From assembly GCA_030141605.1 (NCBI GenBank), contig JAQGDQ010000053.1, forward strand, positions 620,001 through 684,000: a DNA stretch of 64,000 nt, read 5' to 3'. Source of the stretch: Tubiluchus corallicola (Eukaryota; Animalia; Priapulida). Below are positions 38,322-51,900 of this stretch, piece by piece; the stretch's first letter is position 1; the number at the start of each line of letters is the position of its first letter. The notes under the pieces are model-generated. The model saw only the letters and a list, made by a program, of their open reading frames with translations. It was not told the origin of the DNA and made no database searches. A program made the position numbers and the translations under genes.

Positions 38322-41300
38322 GTCACAAAATTTTATTGAAATTACTCCTCCATTTGAATTCTTACTGGAAATTCATTTACCGTTTTGCACGTTGTATTAA
38401 ATCATTGTATAATTAATGTGCATGTGATGAAGCTATGGTGTAGCTGCTGAAACTTCGAAAGTGGCCTTCCGGGGGAATTAACATGTGCATGGAAAGCAAT
38501 TGCAGACATTGGAGACTAAGCTTCAGACACCACTTGGGTCTGTGCCAAATAGGACCAGGCCCCAGGTAGACTTTTTGTGTACGGTATTATTATTATTGCC
38601 AACTTTAGGTGTATGCGTGATGTCTAACTTGACTTTTAAATGATAAAATGTTAAAAAAACGATGCAAATTTCGTGAAATAGAGTTGAAAGGATTTTCTGT
38701 GAGTTGCCACGTGACTGACGCAACTGCATCAGTTTTAGAGAGACCATTCCTGTATTTATTTACAGTGCTTTCTCCTGATAATGATTGATGAAAGGAACTT
38801 GCAGTAGTTGCACTTGAAATTCTTGAAGTAGTACAACATAAAAAGAAGTGAAAAAGTACATGTTATTGTACTACACACAGATGTTGTTAGTTTTTACTAC
38901 GTAAATTTATGATTGGTACAAGTTTCTTTTGTCGTATCAGTTTGCATTTCGTTAACAATTAACGCACACAGTTCTTGTTAGATTATGATATGTTAGATAT
39001 GTTGCTAGATTCAAAGCCGCATTAGCATTTATTTCATGATGGTAACAGCAGTATGACATGAATCGGTGCAAGCTTTATTAACAATCAAGCCTTCAAAAGT
39101 CTTGTCAGCAACTATCTTTGCTGTTGCGCCATTGTCAATGCTTGTACGTGCTGTTGTTTACGATATGAATGCCAGTGCTACTCAACAGAGAACACATAAC
39201 GGAGCTCACTAAACTGCTCGTAAAACAGTCCGATTTGCTGAAAACTATAAATGTGTTTTTCAGCTTGACGTTTTATTTGCCGTCTGAAAAGTAGGCCTGC
39301 ATAAATCTAATTCATTGCTAGCAACGCACAGAGGATAAATTTAAATTTAGATTTCACAAACTGCAGCCAATATGATGTATTTTGATTATGCATGTAGTGT
39401 GCAATTAACCTGGTAGTGTCTTTTGCAAACTAAAATTTAATGTAATTTGAGTTACGCTATATTGTCAGAAATTTGAACAAAACCGTTCCCCTTATCCAAA
39501 TTTCAAATTTCGTGAGCAGGTGCCTTCAGCAGTAGAAATATAGTTTACGTAATTACGGCACCTACCTAGAGACCAAAGTCTAACCTTATACGAAGGGCGC
39601 TTGATTTTTTTATTGATAGGTTTACATGTAGTTTATATGTAGGCCTAATAGTGAGCACGGATGTTATGGGCTTCTCGATTATTGTGGTGATTTCATATTC
39701 TGTATTCGCAATAGTTAAGTGTTTCTCTTAGTAGTGTTAGTTTCATGCATTGCAAAATCTGAATTATTAAACTGTATGTAATGTAGAGTAAATGCATATC
39801 TCCGCTTTTTCTGTTCTGTATTGATAGTCGAATATCGGTCTGATTGGTCGATGAACGCCGCCGCGCTCACGAAGCCCCCCGTCTACGTGCACATGGTGTA
39901 TTGAGCCCCACTCCCCGCATTACAGTTCGAAGATATTAAAATCTGAATAATGCTTTACAACAAGCTTGGCCGGAAGTTTATATAATTTATAATGCCTGTG
40001 TTACGTAGTTCATCTATACTAATTAGCAAAGTAGCCGGTGTCAGGAAATTGAAATTTATTTTTTGGGCTATTCCCTTTGTAATGATTTTATAAAATGGTC
40101 GTGATACCTATCTCGTTCATGTCACTTTTAGTCAGTTTTTATATTGTGGCGCGACTGGCGCCACAATACAGAGTTACTTCCTTTTTCTAAATTTTTACGA
40201 AAAAAAATGATGCATAGCCGCGATAATTTCAGCAATTTCGTTGGTAAATGGCGTTCTAATTGAAAGACTTATATGAGGCAAAACATAGATGCACGTGCGT
40301 ATGTGTGTACATACATTTGCGTATATGTGCGCGTGGCTTCGAGTAATGACTCAATGCTTGATATCCCGAACTAGTTACAGCGTCATGTATACAATGTATG
40401 GTGATAACAAAGCAAAACAGAGTTTCAAAGAAAAGCTGCTTTTGAGCATATACGCGTCCAAACGTTACTAAGGTAGCTATATGTTTACCTGCTTCTGATA
40501 GTCTCTCCGAGGATTGCTCTTAAATGGTTTTGTCGTTTTGTCTATTCCTTTCGGATCTTTTTGGTACCAGGGCTAGCCACTCATTTCTTGACACCTTGCA
40601 TAATACTAGGCAACGCCAAATCTTTAATCTACGTGAATTGCATGCTATTTTTAGCGCCAGTCCTGAACGGTCACTTCCTTGCGTATACCCAACGGTCACT
40701 ATGGTCTGGTTGCGAAAACTTCATTAGTAAATCTTTTTGCTGTTCAATGTCCGCCAGTTTTTTTTACCTTTCGTTTGTATTACGCTCCTCGAAGGCTTCG
40801 ATTCCAATAAGTTTAACTGTTGATAGATACCACTGCAAGAAACTTTTTATTGTCTTATGGGTAGCAGTAACTTGGCTCTGCTGCCCACAATGTAAATTGT
40901 AGGCAAACGAACGGCAAGGCATCTGCACGAAATAATGTATTTTTATGAAGCCGGAAAAAGTAAAAGTAGAAAGTGTTTTGCTTCGAGTCCGGGAAGACAC
41001 CTCCGTGTTACCGTCGATACATTTTGACAAAAAAATAAAGCAAGCAGTTCGTTTCATTTAATTAAAGTGTTGTACACTTACGAATTTTACACATTCAATA
41101 ATATGTTATTACTTATGCTAAATTTAAAAATTACAAAATTATGCACTTCCGCAACTTGGCGCCCTAGGCAACTTCCTAGGTTGCATATTGGATGGTCCTG
41201 TGTTTAATGCTTTTACGGCTTTTTTGCTTTTGGTAGTCGCCCACAAATGGACCAATAGGACCTGCAAAGCTCATCTGATAATTCGTGCTGCCATCCATGT

Positions 41301-41937
41301 AATAAGCACCAGGGCCTTCGAAGAGAAAATATGGAGTTATACATTGTTAAAGGAAAGAACAATTGACAACTGCTTTATTCTCAAGACCAGTTTTTAATAC
41401 TTGTCAAATAGTTAAATCAAAAACAACATCTTTGCAATATGTAATACCGTACGCTCACTTCCGTACAAGCTGGTGTTAGAAATTCCGAAATTGAAAACAG
41501 CTGAACATCGGCACGCGTGCGGCAAGAGAGAGAGAGGCAGAGAGAAGGCAGTATGTTCGCGTAAAGCAAAATAATGTTACCTCGGCGGGTGAGGCCCCGG
41601 GGAAGTATCCCCCCTGAAATAGGGCCTGATAAGCACCACGATCTACTTTATCATCTGATATAGCTAAAAATTGCTCTGATCGAGTGAGCGTGGCTGACTA
41701 CTAGATTTCTGACCAGCTTCATTTCTCCAGGAGGTTTTTTAAAATGATTAGTAAAACATTTTGTTAATAAGATCACAATTTTAATTAGGTTAAAATCCCA
41801 TAAGGCAAGCGGAAAAATCGCCCGCTTTACATGTATACCTAATGTGTCCACACTCTACATTACATTTGGGTTTCAAATCGATTTCGAAAAAAATGATGTA
41901 AAAAATGTCAAAATCATTTTTGTATGCTTTTGTTGCA

Positions 41938-44002
41938 GGGGGAAATGGGGAGTAGTGGAATGGCAGGGAAAAGTGAAATGGTTCTCTCATTTCAAACGTT
42001 TGTCACATGTGATATCAGTTTATACTTTGAACAGTTCCAAACAGACGTTTGGAGCTACACAAATTGCTTGTTTCATGAGTGCGTCTGCAATCATTTTTTA
42101 ACCATTTTTTGTAACATTTGAGTTAGCTAAGTGTGGTGATGTGATACTATGTGAAAGTTTTCAGAAGTGTAACTATCATTGCTAAATTATGTTAATATTT
42201 AACAAAAATTTTGAACTAATTTGGAAACTGGTTTGCTTTCGTGGTCACGTTGATAATGATGTTGCTGATGCTAAAAATACTGGAGAATCGTTCACACATG
42301 GACATGATCAGTCCTATCATCTCAGACCAACGTCGACAAAGAGCATTGGCCCAACGTTTTTTTGTCCGTCGATTCCAACATTGGCAGTGATCAAAAACCG
42401 CCTTAACATCAACGGTGGGCCAACGTCGACAAACAATGTTGGCCCAACGTTATTAATTTTGGTCCGTCAAACATAATAAAATCAGTTGTTTTTCAGCATT
42501 TAAAAAATTTCAGTTAGGCAAAATTTTTGTTTAGTTTGCAATACTTAAATTTAATACTATTTTATCATAAGTATAATCCATTGAATTTCAGAAGTTATAG
42601 TCAAACTTATTCGAATGTTCGATACCATATAGGTCTAACGTATTCCAAGTTTCATTTTGTACAGTAACATTGCCAGGGTTTACAAACGCACAAGCAAGCA
42701 CGCTTAGTCACATGAATCCATGAGAAAAGTTATTGAAGAAGTCCAGCAGAGAAAACGTGGCTATGAATTTGCATCTAAGCAGTATGGTGTGCCAATTGCG
42801 ACCTTCTACCGCAGTCCGCAGGGTAAAACCCGAAAACCCTGCAGAAATCGTGAAAATCAAGTGAAAGCTGTGCTTTGCAGTTCTATCCGACAGATGTTAT
42901 GCCTTTACCTTCGGCTTCACCTCGTACCGAGAAAAGCTCCACGAGGAGGGGAAAAACAGTTGTTTCAAGTCCATATCTAGATGAGCTCAAAAGAAGGGTA
43001 GCAATAGCAAAACCCAAAATAATGCCAGGAAAAGTGAAGAAGGAACTCTCTACAGCAAAGAGTGTGCAAAAGTCCAAGACCATGCTTACCGAGCACCCAG
43101 GCCAAGACAGACTTCAACTATTTTAGAAGAATTGTTACGATCGTCAAAGATGAAAAAGAAGAAAACAGACAAACCTAAGGTAAAAACGGGAAAAGCTAAA
43201 GATTCTGGTCTATCTTTGAATGCAGGGAAATGCAGCGTTAGTGACGTTTGTCAGTATCGTAATATTCATTTGGCGAAGAAGACAATCCATTAATTGACGA
43301 ATATTGGATTCAATGCCAAGATTGCAACATATAGTGGCACGAAACTTGTTCTCTTGCCACAGGTCGTGACTTAGACGGCTTATTCCAGTGTGAGGATTGC
43401 TGGGTGCTTGATGATTAGATGATGTTTTTTTCATTGTTCTTTTCATAATTGAAATTCCTAGTTTTTAAAAAAAATTTGTTTGCTTTTTTTACAGTTATGT
43501 AACTTGAGAAATAAAGAGAATTTGCAAACTTACAGTAAGAGTATCAACCTATAATAGTGTTAAATATGGCCTATGTGGATCTATACATGTACTTTGAAAT
43601 ACAAAAATACTTGTACTGTGAAATCTAAAAATACTGGATGATTTATTGTATTGCGTTTAAAACAATTATAACTAAACAGCAGTAAGTGAATGCACCCTTC
43701 TCTGGTAATTCAGGAACCGCAAAAGAATTTACCACAGTTACCTATTAAATAACGTTTTTGCTTGGAACCATTCATTTCACTTTACCCCAATAATATCACT
43801 ATACTGGGGCAAAGTGATAAAAAATAAGGTTGAAAATAAATATCCTATACTACTATAGTGATCCTGGGAACTACGTAACATTTTTTGTAAAAAACAGGAA
43901 AGACAACGTCACTAAAGGACAGATGGGCAATACTGTGCACCTTAACATTAATTAGATATAAGTAAAAGTGCTTCATCCCTCCCACTTTGTCCCACTTTCC
44001 CC
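41938..44002 (+). mobile_element. Internally deleted pogo-like (Tc1/mariner superfamily) DNA transposon with HTH_psq and PHD-finger remnants
   Basis: Imperfect TIRs ggggaaatggggagtagtggaa / tcccactttgtcccactttcccc and a subterminal inverted pair 41966-41984 / 43765-43788. RVYKRTSKHA*SHESMRKVIEEVQQRKRGYEFASKQYGVPIATFYR (HTH_psq); PTDVMPLP..RRGKTVVSSPYLDEL; WIQCQDCNI*WHETC..FQCEDC (PHD). DDE core absent. Confidence 0.8.
42325..42470. repeat. Two-copy about 93-bp repeat rich in ccaacgt/ttggcccaac, probable nested MITE fragment
   Basis: ccaacgtcgacaaa....ttggcccaacgtt...gtccgtc occurs at about 42327 and 42420. Confidence 0.6.
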
Positions 44003-45973
44003 AAACTTTATGTTGTAGTAGTTTTTAAAAATATTATTTTTGATTGTTATGTAATCTTACGTGGATTACCTTGTCCTAAGACAAAATGAAATAGAACAGG
44101 GTAGTCACGTATGATCGGTGTGTACTTGAAAACTGGATTTAAGCAATGATGGACCTGGATAGTGAATAAATGGGTTACTGCCATACGCAGAAATACCCTT
44201 CTAGTCCGCTTCATCTGCTTAGTATTAGAAACAAGCTTGTAGTGAATTCCCGTATAAAAAACGACACTGAGGTATTAGCTTTATTAGACATCGTTTAAGG
44301 ATATAGCCGATCTTGTTTACGCGTGCATGTACTTTACTGAACGCCGCTGATAGTGTCGAATGATAACGATATACCTTCTTCCAATTCTTAGCAGAGATAA
44401 GGTGTATAAAGTTTATATAATAAACATATGAAATTCTAAAAAAATTAGTGATTTTTAAAATATTTATTATTAAATAATTAGTAAATAGAGTAGACGACTC
44501 GAGAACTAATTCTTTACTTTTGATAAAGGCTGGCTAATATTTCGAAAGGACACCGGTTTGTCACGCTTCCTATTTCTTGTATATACCATGGAGTCCACAT
44601 TACATTAATTTACTATCACTAGCATTAGTTATTGAATCCTCAACCTAGCAACTAATATACAATCAGTAGCTAGTGGGAGGACTCAACAACTATTAGTGCA
44701 GTCAGCTTATATCTGAGGCAGTGCTCGCTCTATTCTGAATCAATGTTTTAAATAAATGACACTGGCTGAATGTGCTAGGATGAGAATGAGGGTTATTTGG
44801 TCCAGTACCTCAAGTGGCACAGTATGCGCCCTGAAGTGCAAGGTTCTGGGGTAGCCGTATCTTCTCGGCTCCCTTCAGTTAGTTACGTACTCGTTAAGTT
44901 AATTATTGTTTTATAGTGCTTTTTAACGTGTCTCTTGGATACCGTGCAGAAAAGTACAGAGACATTGCAGTTATCCCACTGGTGAGTGCAATCAAAATAA
45001 GCTGATAAGACTTTGACTGATTATATAGGCCTACTACTGAGAAAAAATTCAGACCAGCTCTGCCAAAGTAAGTTCGCTATGTAACTCAAGGTTCTGGGAT
45101 CAAGTTCTGGTTGGGTCACAATTTTTCAGCACTTCCTTTGAGATTTGGTGATTAGGCTATTTATGGTAAAGCTTCTTAACGAGGCCTCTTAATACCTGTC
45201 TGTGTGCAGAGTAAAGTAAAATACTCAAGTGTTCATAAAATTACAGCCATAATCAGCAAACATGAATACACATGCAAGAGCTTTAAAGTGTAGGGCAAGA
45301 CCTGGAACGTAGACGAGAAAGAGATTTATAATCGACATAAATAATTATAATAACAAAATAACAGAACAAAGACAATTAACTTTAGTATCAACAAAATCAC
45401 AAAAAGTTCTAAAAATAAATGAGCTTTCAGTAACTTCTTAAAATTAATTATGGATTCAAACTGAAGATGTCCAAAATTATTAGGGCTAGGATCTGCGCCA
45501 CCAATAATAAAGTGCTATCGAATGTGTATGTTTGGCCACACAATAAAATAAAAGGGATTGAAATTATGTTAGCATCGAGCTCCACACAGGGCAAGATTAT
45601 GGGCAAAAGCTTTTTATTCAAAAAGTCAAAAATTTAATGTCAACGATTCAAAACGAATTTTTGGCCCATACGTATAGTTACTTCATGTGAGGGCAAAAAA
45701 ATTACAGCTAATCATAAAATTTAATGCTAATTAATCTATTGCTGTAAAACTTATAAAAACTGCAGCAGTTGATCAACCTGGGCAATGAATATATATAAAT
45801 CAAAGCTTATGAAATATTACTACGAGATAAATTATTAATATTTATTATGGATTGTAGAGTAGTAGACCCCAACCACAGTTGTATGCCGACTATCTAGCGT
45901 GAAAAACTGTCAAGTGCTGCACTCTGAAGTGCGTGCTACGAAATAGTGAAATACCCAGCATGGAAAAAGCAAT

Positions 45974-45994
45974 ATGGCTGAAAAACGAAATCGT
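45974..45994 (+). CDS. RANBP3: Tentative RANBP3 first coding exon (MAEKRNR)
   Basis: aatATGG good context, perfect GTAAGT donor, phase 0 matches next exon; no homology support. Confidence 0.4.
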
Positions 45995-48900
45995 GTAAGT
46001 ATAATTCCAGTAAAGAACTGCTGAAGACGTACTGGGTCATTAGTATATATGAATATTAAAACTTGCAGTACTTGTATTTCATTTATACGTTTAATAAAGG
46101 TATTTCACAACTATTAAGATGACCTACGGTCTTTCCTCATTCCATCTCCTTTGATATGTAACGTATTCTGTAAAATGGAATATTTGTGACATTATTGGGA
46201 AAAAATAAACTTCTTTGTGTATGTCTATGTTAAAAGGTCATTTTACTAATTATTACATACAGTATAGGTACCTGTGTTTGCAGCTTCTCGGCCCATTTAA
46301 ATTGCGAGATCGGGGCGGAGCGAAGCTAGTTTTTTGCCAATGGCTGCTACTTAATAGTACACAGAACGTTGTGAATCCAGTTAAACACTGTAACTGTTAA
46401 TACTATGCCAATGTGGTGTATAGTCAGGTAGTGGAGGTCTTTAGTTGTCGACTAATAGGGTCCATTCAGGCTGGAATCTGTTGTGATACATTTCACGATG
46501 GTTTATCCAATACTGATCCAGTTGTGACTTCAGTGTGAAGCATCAGTAGTACACCATTTCGTAGTATTTAATGAATTCCAATTACTGACAGTACTAAACA
46601 TAAATCTACTCCTGTTTCTGCATCTCGGCTTAATAACTTTATATCCAACATCTCTTATATTATTAGCAAAATGACGACCAGGCTGTAATTTAGTCAAATT
46701 GCTCTTGATTTGGAACATCAGGATCAAATCGCCTCTCTTCCTTCAAAATCTCAATGAGGGGAGTTTCATATTCCTTATCCGTTCTGAATATGTCAGATGT
46801 TTCAGTGGCAGGAACTAATTTTGTAGCTGTACATTGAATAAATTCCATTTTCCTGTTTGCATTTAGTCTAGATGGATTCCATATGACATCTGCATAGTCA
46901 AGAATAGGACGGACAAATGTTTTGTATAGAATCAGAAACATCGGGATATCTAGGAAACTGAAGGTTCTTCTAATTAACCAAAGCCTCTTGCTTTCTTGAT
47001 GACTTCACAGTATGTTGGTTGAACAACAGCTTGTTATCCACATATGCCCCAATATCCTTTTGACACTCAGTTTGCATTATAACTCTCTCTCTGCAAGTCA
47101 TAAAATAGTTAAATTCATCATGGTTGTTTCCTAGATCTAAAGTCTTCCATTTATCTGTGTTAATTGGCATTTGCCTCTCTCTAGACCATGCATCCATGAC
47201 CGATGTATCATACTTGAGTGACATACGATGATAAATTATATACCTGAGAATGTAGTCTCTGAAAACTCCATAAGCTCTTTTAAGAGCAAATAAATAGCCG
47301 AATTATCGATACAGCTCCGAGGCTGTGCCACCTAGAAATTTTTGAAAGTGCTGACAGTTATGAACGCTCAACAGGCAGAGATGCCTAACAACTAGGACTG
47401 AATGGATATGATACGATATGATGTGATATAAACTGACTTTATACTTTTGTATATCTTTGTGTCGTGTTAATTTATCAGATAAGAAATAATAAGGGTCCGA
47501 GCATGCTGCCTTGTGGTGCGTCACTCTTTACAAATGCATCGGACGACTTACTTTAGTTGATTATTACACACTCCAACTGATTTGTTAAAAATCTTGAATC
47601 CATGCTAAGATGTTACCAGATATTCCGTAAGCCTGCAGCTTCAAAAGAAAGTTCTTTTGCAGCTTACCAGTCAAATTTGGGTGTGCCGTACGTACAATTG
47701 TCCACAAACAGTATAATAAAATCATCGTACTACTGAGAGTTTCGTTACAAACCGAACTGTATTACCGGGTTTCGGCTGTATTATGATCTTCAGAAAGCAT
47801 TTGATAAGGTTCACTACTGTAGACTTTTTAATTTGTTAATTGGTAGAAACAGCCCCTGTTGTATAATAAGAGTTTTGTTAAATTTATATACGTTTGTGTT
47901 AAATGGAATAATTTTATATCTAAAGAAATGCATCTCTCTAATGGGGTAAGACAAGGGTGGCAACATTTATATTGGGGCCTTCGACTACGCATATGATGTA
48001 TCATTGCTCTCACATAATGCTAAATCTTTGCAATATATGGTAACTATATGTGAAAATTATGGTAATCATTTCAATATAAATTTCTCTAATATGCAAAATA
48101 ATAAGGTAAAAAGTAAATGTATTATTTTTAGAAATGGTAAATCGAAAGTAAAACAACACAGCCCTCTAATTTTATTTGAAAACAGGCAATTGCCTTTTTA
48201 CAATTAGGTTACTCACTTGGGTCACGTTTTAACTTTTGATTTACAAGATGATGATGACATTTCTGATAAACGCTGTCATTTTATATACCGAGCTAATTAC
48301 GTTGTTGCTAGTTTTTCCTACTTATACACAGATTTAAAATCATGTGTCTTCCGTAGCTACTATCACAGTTACTACGGAAGTCAATCCTGGAAACTCGATA
48401 GTAAAATTCCTAAATTAAGTACAGCTTGGAATGTTGCAGTAAGAAAACTCTGGAATTTGCCTTTTATATCACACAGACTGTCTTCCTTTTATATGTGATA
48501 TTGTTCCCCCACTTAAACAACTACAAAAACGATTTGTTAAATTTTACAATGGTTGCTTATATAGTGAAAATCATGTAGCCAATTTCTTTGCACATAATTT
48601 TCAATTTCATAGCTCTTCTATAATGGGTTCTAATTTGTTATCTATTTGTAACGAGTACAAAACTTTTTACACAAATGAAAATTTTCGTTCTAAAGTTTTT
48701 TCTGGTACATTAGATGTAAGAGGTAATGCTAGTGATGAACAAATATGGACTGTATGGGCTCTAGAACATAATTGTGTTGATTTTTTTGACAGGAATGTGT
48801 TGTATGCCATACTAACATATCTTACTCTTACTTAATTGTATATATTCACATTGCTTGCTAATCTTGTTAATTAATGTTATTTTGCGTGTTGATCTGTTTG

Positions 48901-51900
48901 TTTATTTGATGTGGTTGTACCACAAGTACGAATAAAAAAAAAATATATATATATATACATTACATTGTACAAGAGTTAGTTTTGCTTTAAATTAATCACT
49001 TAGTTCGTCAGTTTTATTGGTAAGATTACATACTAGTCACTGGTACAAATATTTACAGTGACGTAGCAATTAGTTTTGTTAAACTTTGCAACTTGTTTAG
49101 TGACATGCAGATTCGTAGTACCATCTTAAAAAGCACGGATGCCACAAAGACATACAGGTCAGATCAGATCAAGTTTTTTTTTATTAGATCAAGAGTTGGT
49201 GTAAATTGTGTAGCTCATGTCTGTCAGATTCAGATATTTTTAAATCACTCAGCTGTGTTCACATAATGATTTTGCTGAAGTAATTTAGGAGTGAGAAATA
49301 ACATCAATCCCTGATATTAATAGGTTGTGTGAAGCCTATATAGTTGTAGCTACAGTTGTGTTAATTGTGCCCAATTATGCTAAGTTTGTTTTAATTGGTG
49401 TTTTACCTATAGTGTACAGTACATGTAATATGAAATTCATCTTGCATTTTTCCTGTTTATTTAGTGGGGCACTAGTTCACCTGATAATAGTGAGGAGAGC
49501 AGCAGTAGTAATGGAGCAGCTCCTACATATTTAAAACCCAGTCAATTTGGCAAAGACCGGAGTCAGGCCTTCCCTACTACTTATCCACCGCAACCTGTTA
49601 ACATATTTGCTGCAATGCAGTCTGGTAAAAACTACTAAAGAAATATACTGTCACAAACATTTGTTCAACCTTGATATGTTTTCTATTCAATAGGTATTAC
49701 ATATATAGCAAGCATGTCTCTGTGAAACTTTAATTAAACTATTGTGCATCATAGTAGAATTTTTATTGTTAACAGAGGTTTAGTTGTCTTGCCCCTGTTT
49801 GTAAGCTATTGTTGTGAGATAAATTTTATTTTTATTGCGCTGAATTATTTACTTTTTAATACATGTTTTTGGTATGCTACATTAGGTACCACAAATCCTT
49901 TTGCAGCCAAGTTTCATCAAAATACACCAGGGTATGCTGATTCGAGTTGTGATTCTCTATCAGGAGAAGGTGAATTACAGTATTCATTTATTTTGCATCT
50001 ATATGTAGCATATATTTTCATAGCATTTTTATGTCTTATGTGTCATTGTATAACATTGCATGAATTCTTGAGTTTAGCAGCCTCTCTGTTTAGTGGCCTG
50101 GAAAGCAAAATGTTTTGGGTTTGAATCACAGTTGATGTGGAAATTTTTCAGACTTTCTAATTTAGTATTACTTTCTAGCATTTCCTACCTTAATTGCACT
50201 TTTTATACCATGTGCACTTTTTAATTATCAGTAAGTTCATCACTACTATATACACTGTGACACGAGACATCATAAGAATGAATTTTAATTAGATTAATCT
50301 TATGTAAATTATTGTCTTTTAAATGTAATGTAATTTAAACTTCAGTCTATCTTAATTAATGCTATTTTTAATGTAGTGTAATTTAATTGTAATTTTAAAC
50401 ATCAGTGTGTCTTAATTTACATAATGTAATTTAATCTTCGGGTTACAAGAGTTTTTAATAAATGTTAATAAACCTTAATGATTATGAAGCATTTTTATTT
50501 GACAGATGAGAGTAAGCCTTTGATAGCACCTCCGACTTTTCAAGCAAACAAATTGTCTGCAGCAGGTAATACAACATAACTTTGTGTATTAGTTGTCTTT
50601 ACTTTTGGACATATGTACATTGGTCCTTAACTTATTTATCTATTGATGAAATGTGGTGAACATGGTAGGTTATGTTATTATTACTAAAGTGAAGCTCTCT
50701 CACATTTACTGCTTGTAAATTTTGATTTCATATTGGTTCATGGACTGCGGTTAAGATATTATTCTCCTTCAACTCCTGTAAACTGTAAAATTAGTGCATG
50801 CTGGAAGTGCTTTGCATATTTTGTGAGGAGGCCATAAATTTCAGGGCACATAAAAGTTAAATAAGTTTTCCCTTTTTTTTCTACTGTAGGTTTGATATGA
50901 CAGTGGCAACTAGCAGCCCTTAATACTGTAAAATTAATGCTCTTTACAACAAGTGTTACTACATGTAATTGCTCCCCCAATAATGCGAAAGCAAGGGCTA
51001 GTTCTTGTATCAATGTATGCGAAGCTGCATCTCAAAAATTCATATTTTTCCGGTTTACAGTGTGAAAGTTAAAATTTGTTGTCTTTTTAAAATGTTCAAA
51101 ATGCTTTAGAAGAACTTAGAAGTATGTCGGTTCTAGAAAAAGGTCGGTTTGTTTGTGTGCCTTTAGAGATAAGCAAATCTATTAAAATAATTTATTGTTA
51201 CTGCGGAGTGCATCGAACTTCAGGTATTATGTTTTACTTGCCTATTCAGCAGAAATTATGGTGTCTTTACCATATACTATACAATATTATGGGAAGTCTG
51301 GTTCATGAAACATAGAGCAGGTTAAAACTGCTTTTCATGCCTCAGCTAAGTCTTGTAATCTATATTATTTGCATGTATACTAGCAGACAGTTTTATCATA
51401 GTGTAAACAATGAGTATTTGTGGTGCACTTGTCTGCTGAGGTGTGATATATCAGGTAGACAAGTCATACATGAAACTTGGAGAATACTTTGGTTTTTTAT
51501 TTGATAGGTCATTGCAGTTTGAACTTTGTAACATGGCATAAATGTAAAAAGCTAAAAAAGACAATATGACCTGTGAAAAATTTCTATCGTGTAGGCTTTA
51601 CCATAAGTAGTGGAACTATTTTCTATTATTGTATATGTTCTTTTCATTTGCATCAGAAATATGGTTTTCTATTTAATAGGTCATTGCAGTTTGTACTTTG
51701 CACTACATAGCATAAATGTAAAAAGCTAAAAAAAAGACAGTATGACCTACAAGAAGCTTCTCATGTATAGGGTTTGTCATAAGTAATGACACCATTTTCT
51801 ATTGTACTTATACATATTGTTTGCATCAATAGTGTAGTTTTAATAGATAATCTCAGTTTGTGCTTTATACTACTGCATTAATTAAAAAAAAACTAAAAAA

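Noticed and set aside
38424-38470. Hammerhead-like or C/D-box-like sequence gtgatga-agcta..tagct-gctgaaac-ttcgaaagtg
   Set aside because: Core is GUGAUGA not CUGANGA, cleavage triplet would be GUG, stem I is absent, and C-to-D box distance is too short for a snoRNA.
41158-41205. ggcgccctaggcaacttcctaggttgc, resembling a hAT-MITE terminus
   Set aside because: No matching partner end or TSD could be located, so no element boundaries can be supported.
45050-45250. tRNA/SINE-like sequence (also near 6375 and 50085)
   Set aside because: A and B boxes too degraded to call; certainly not a tRNA gene.
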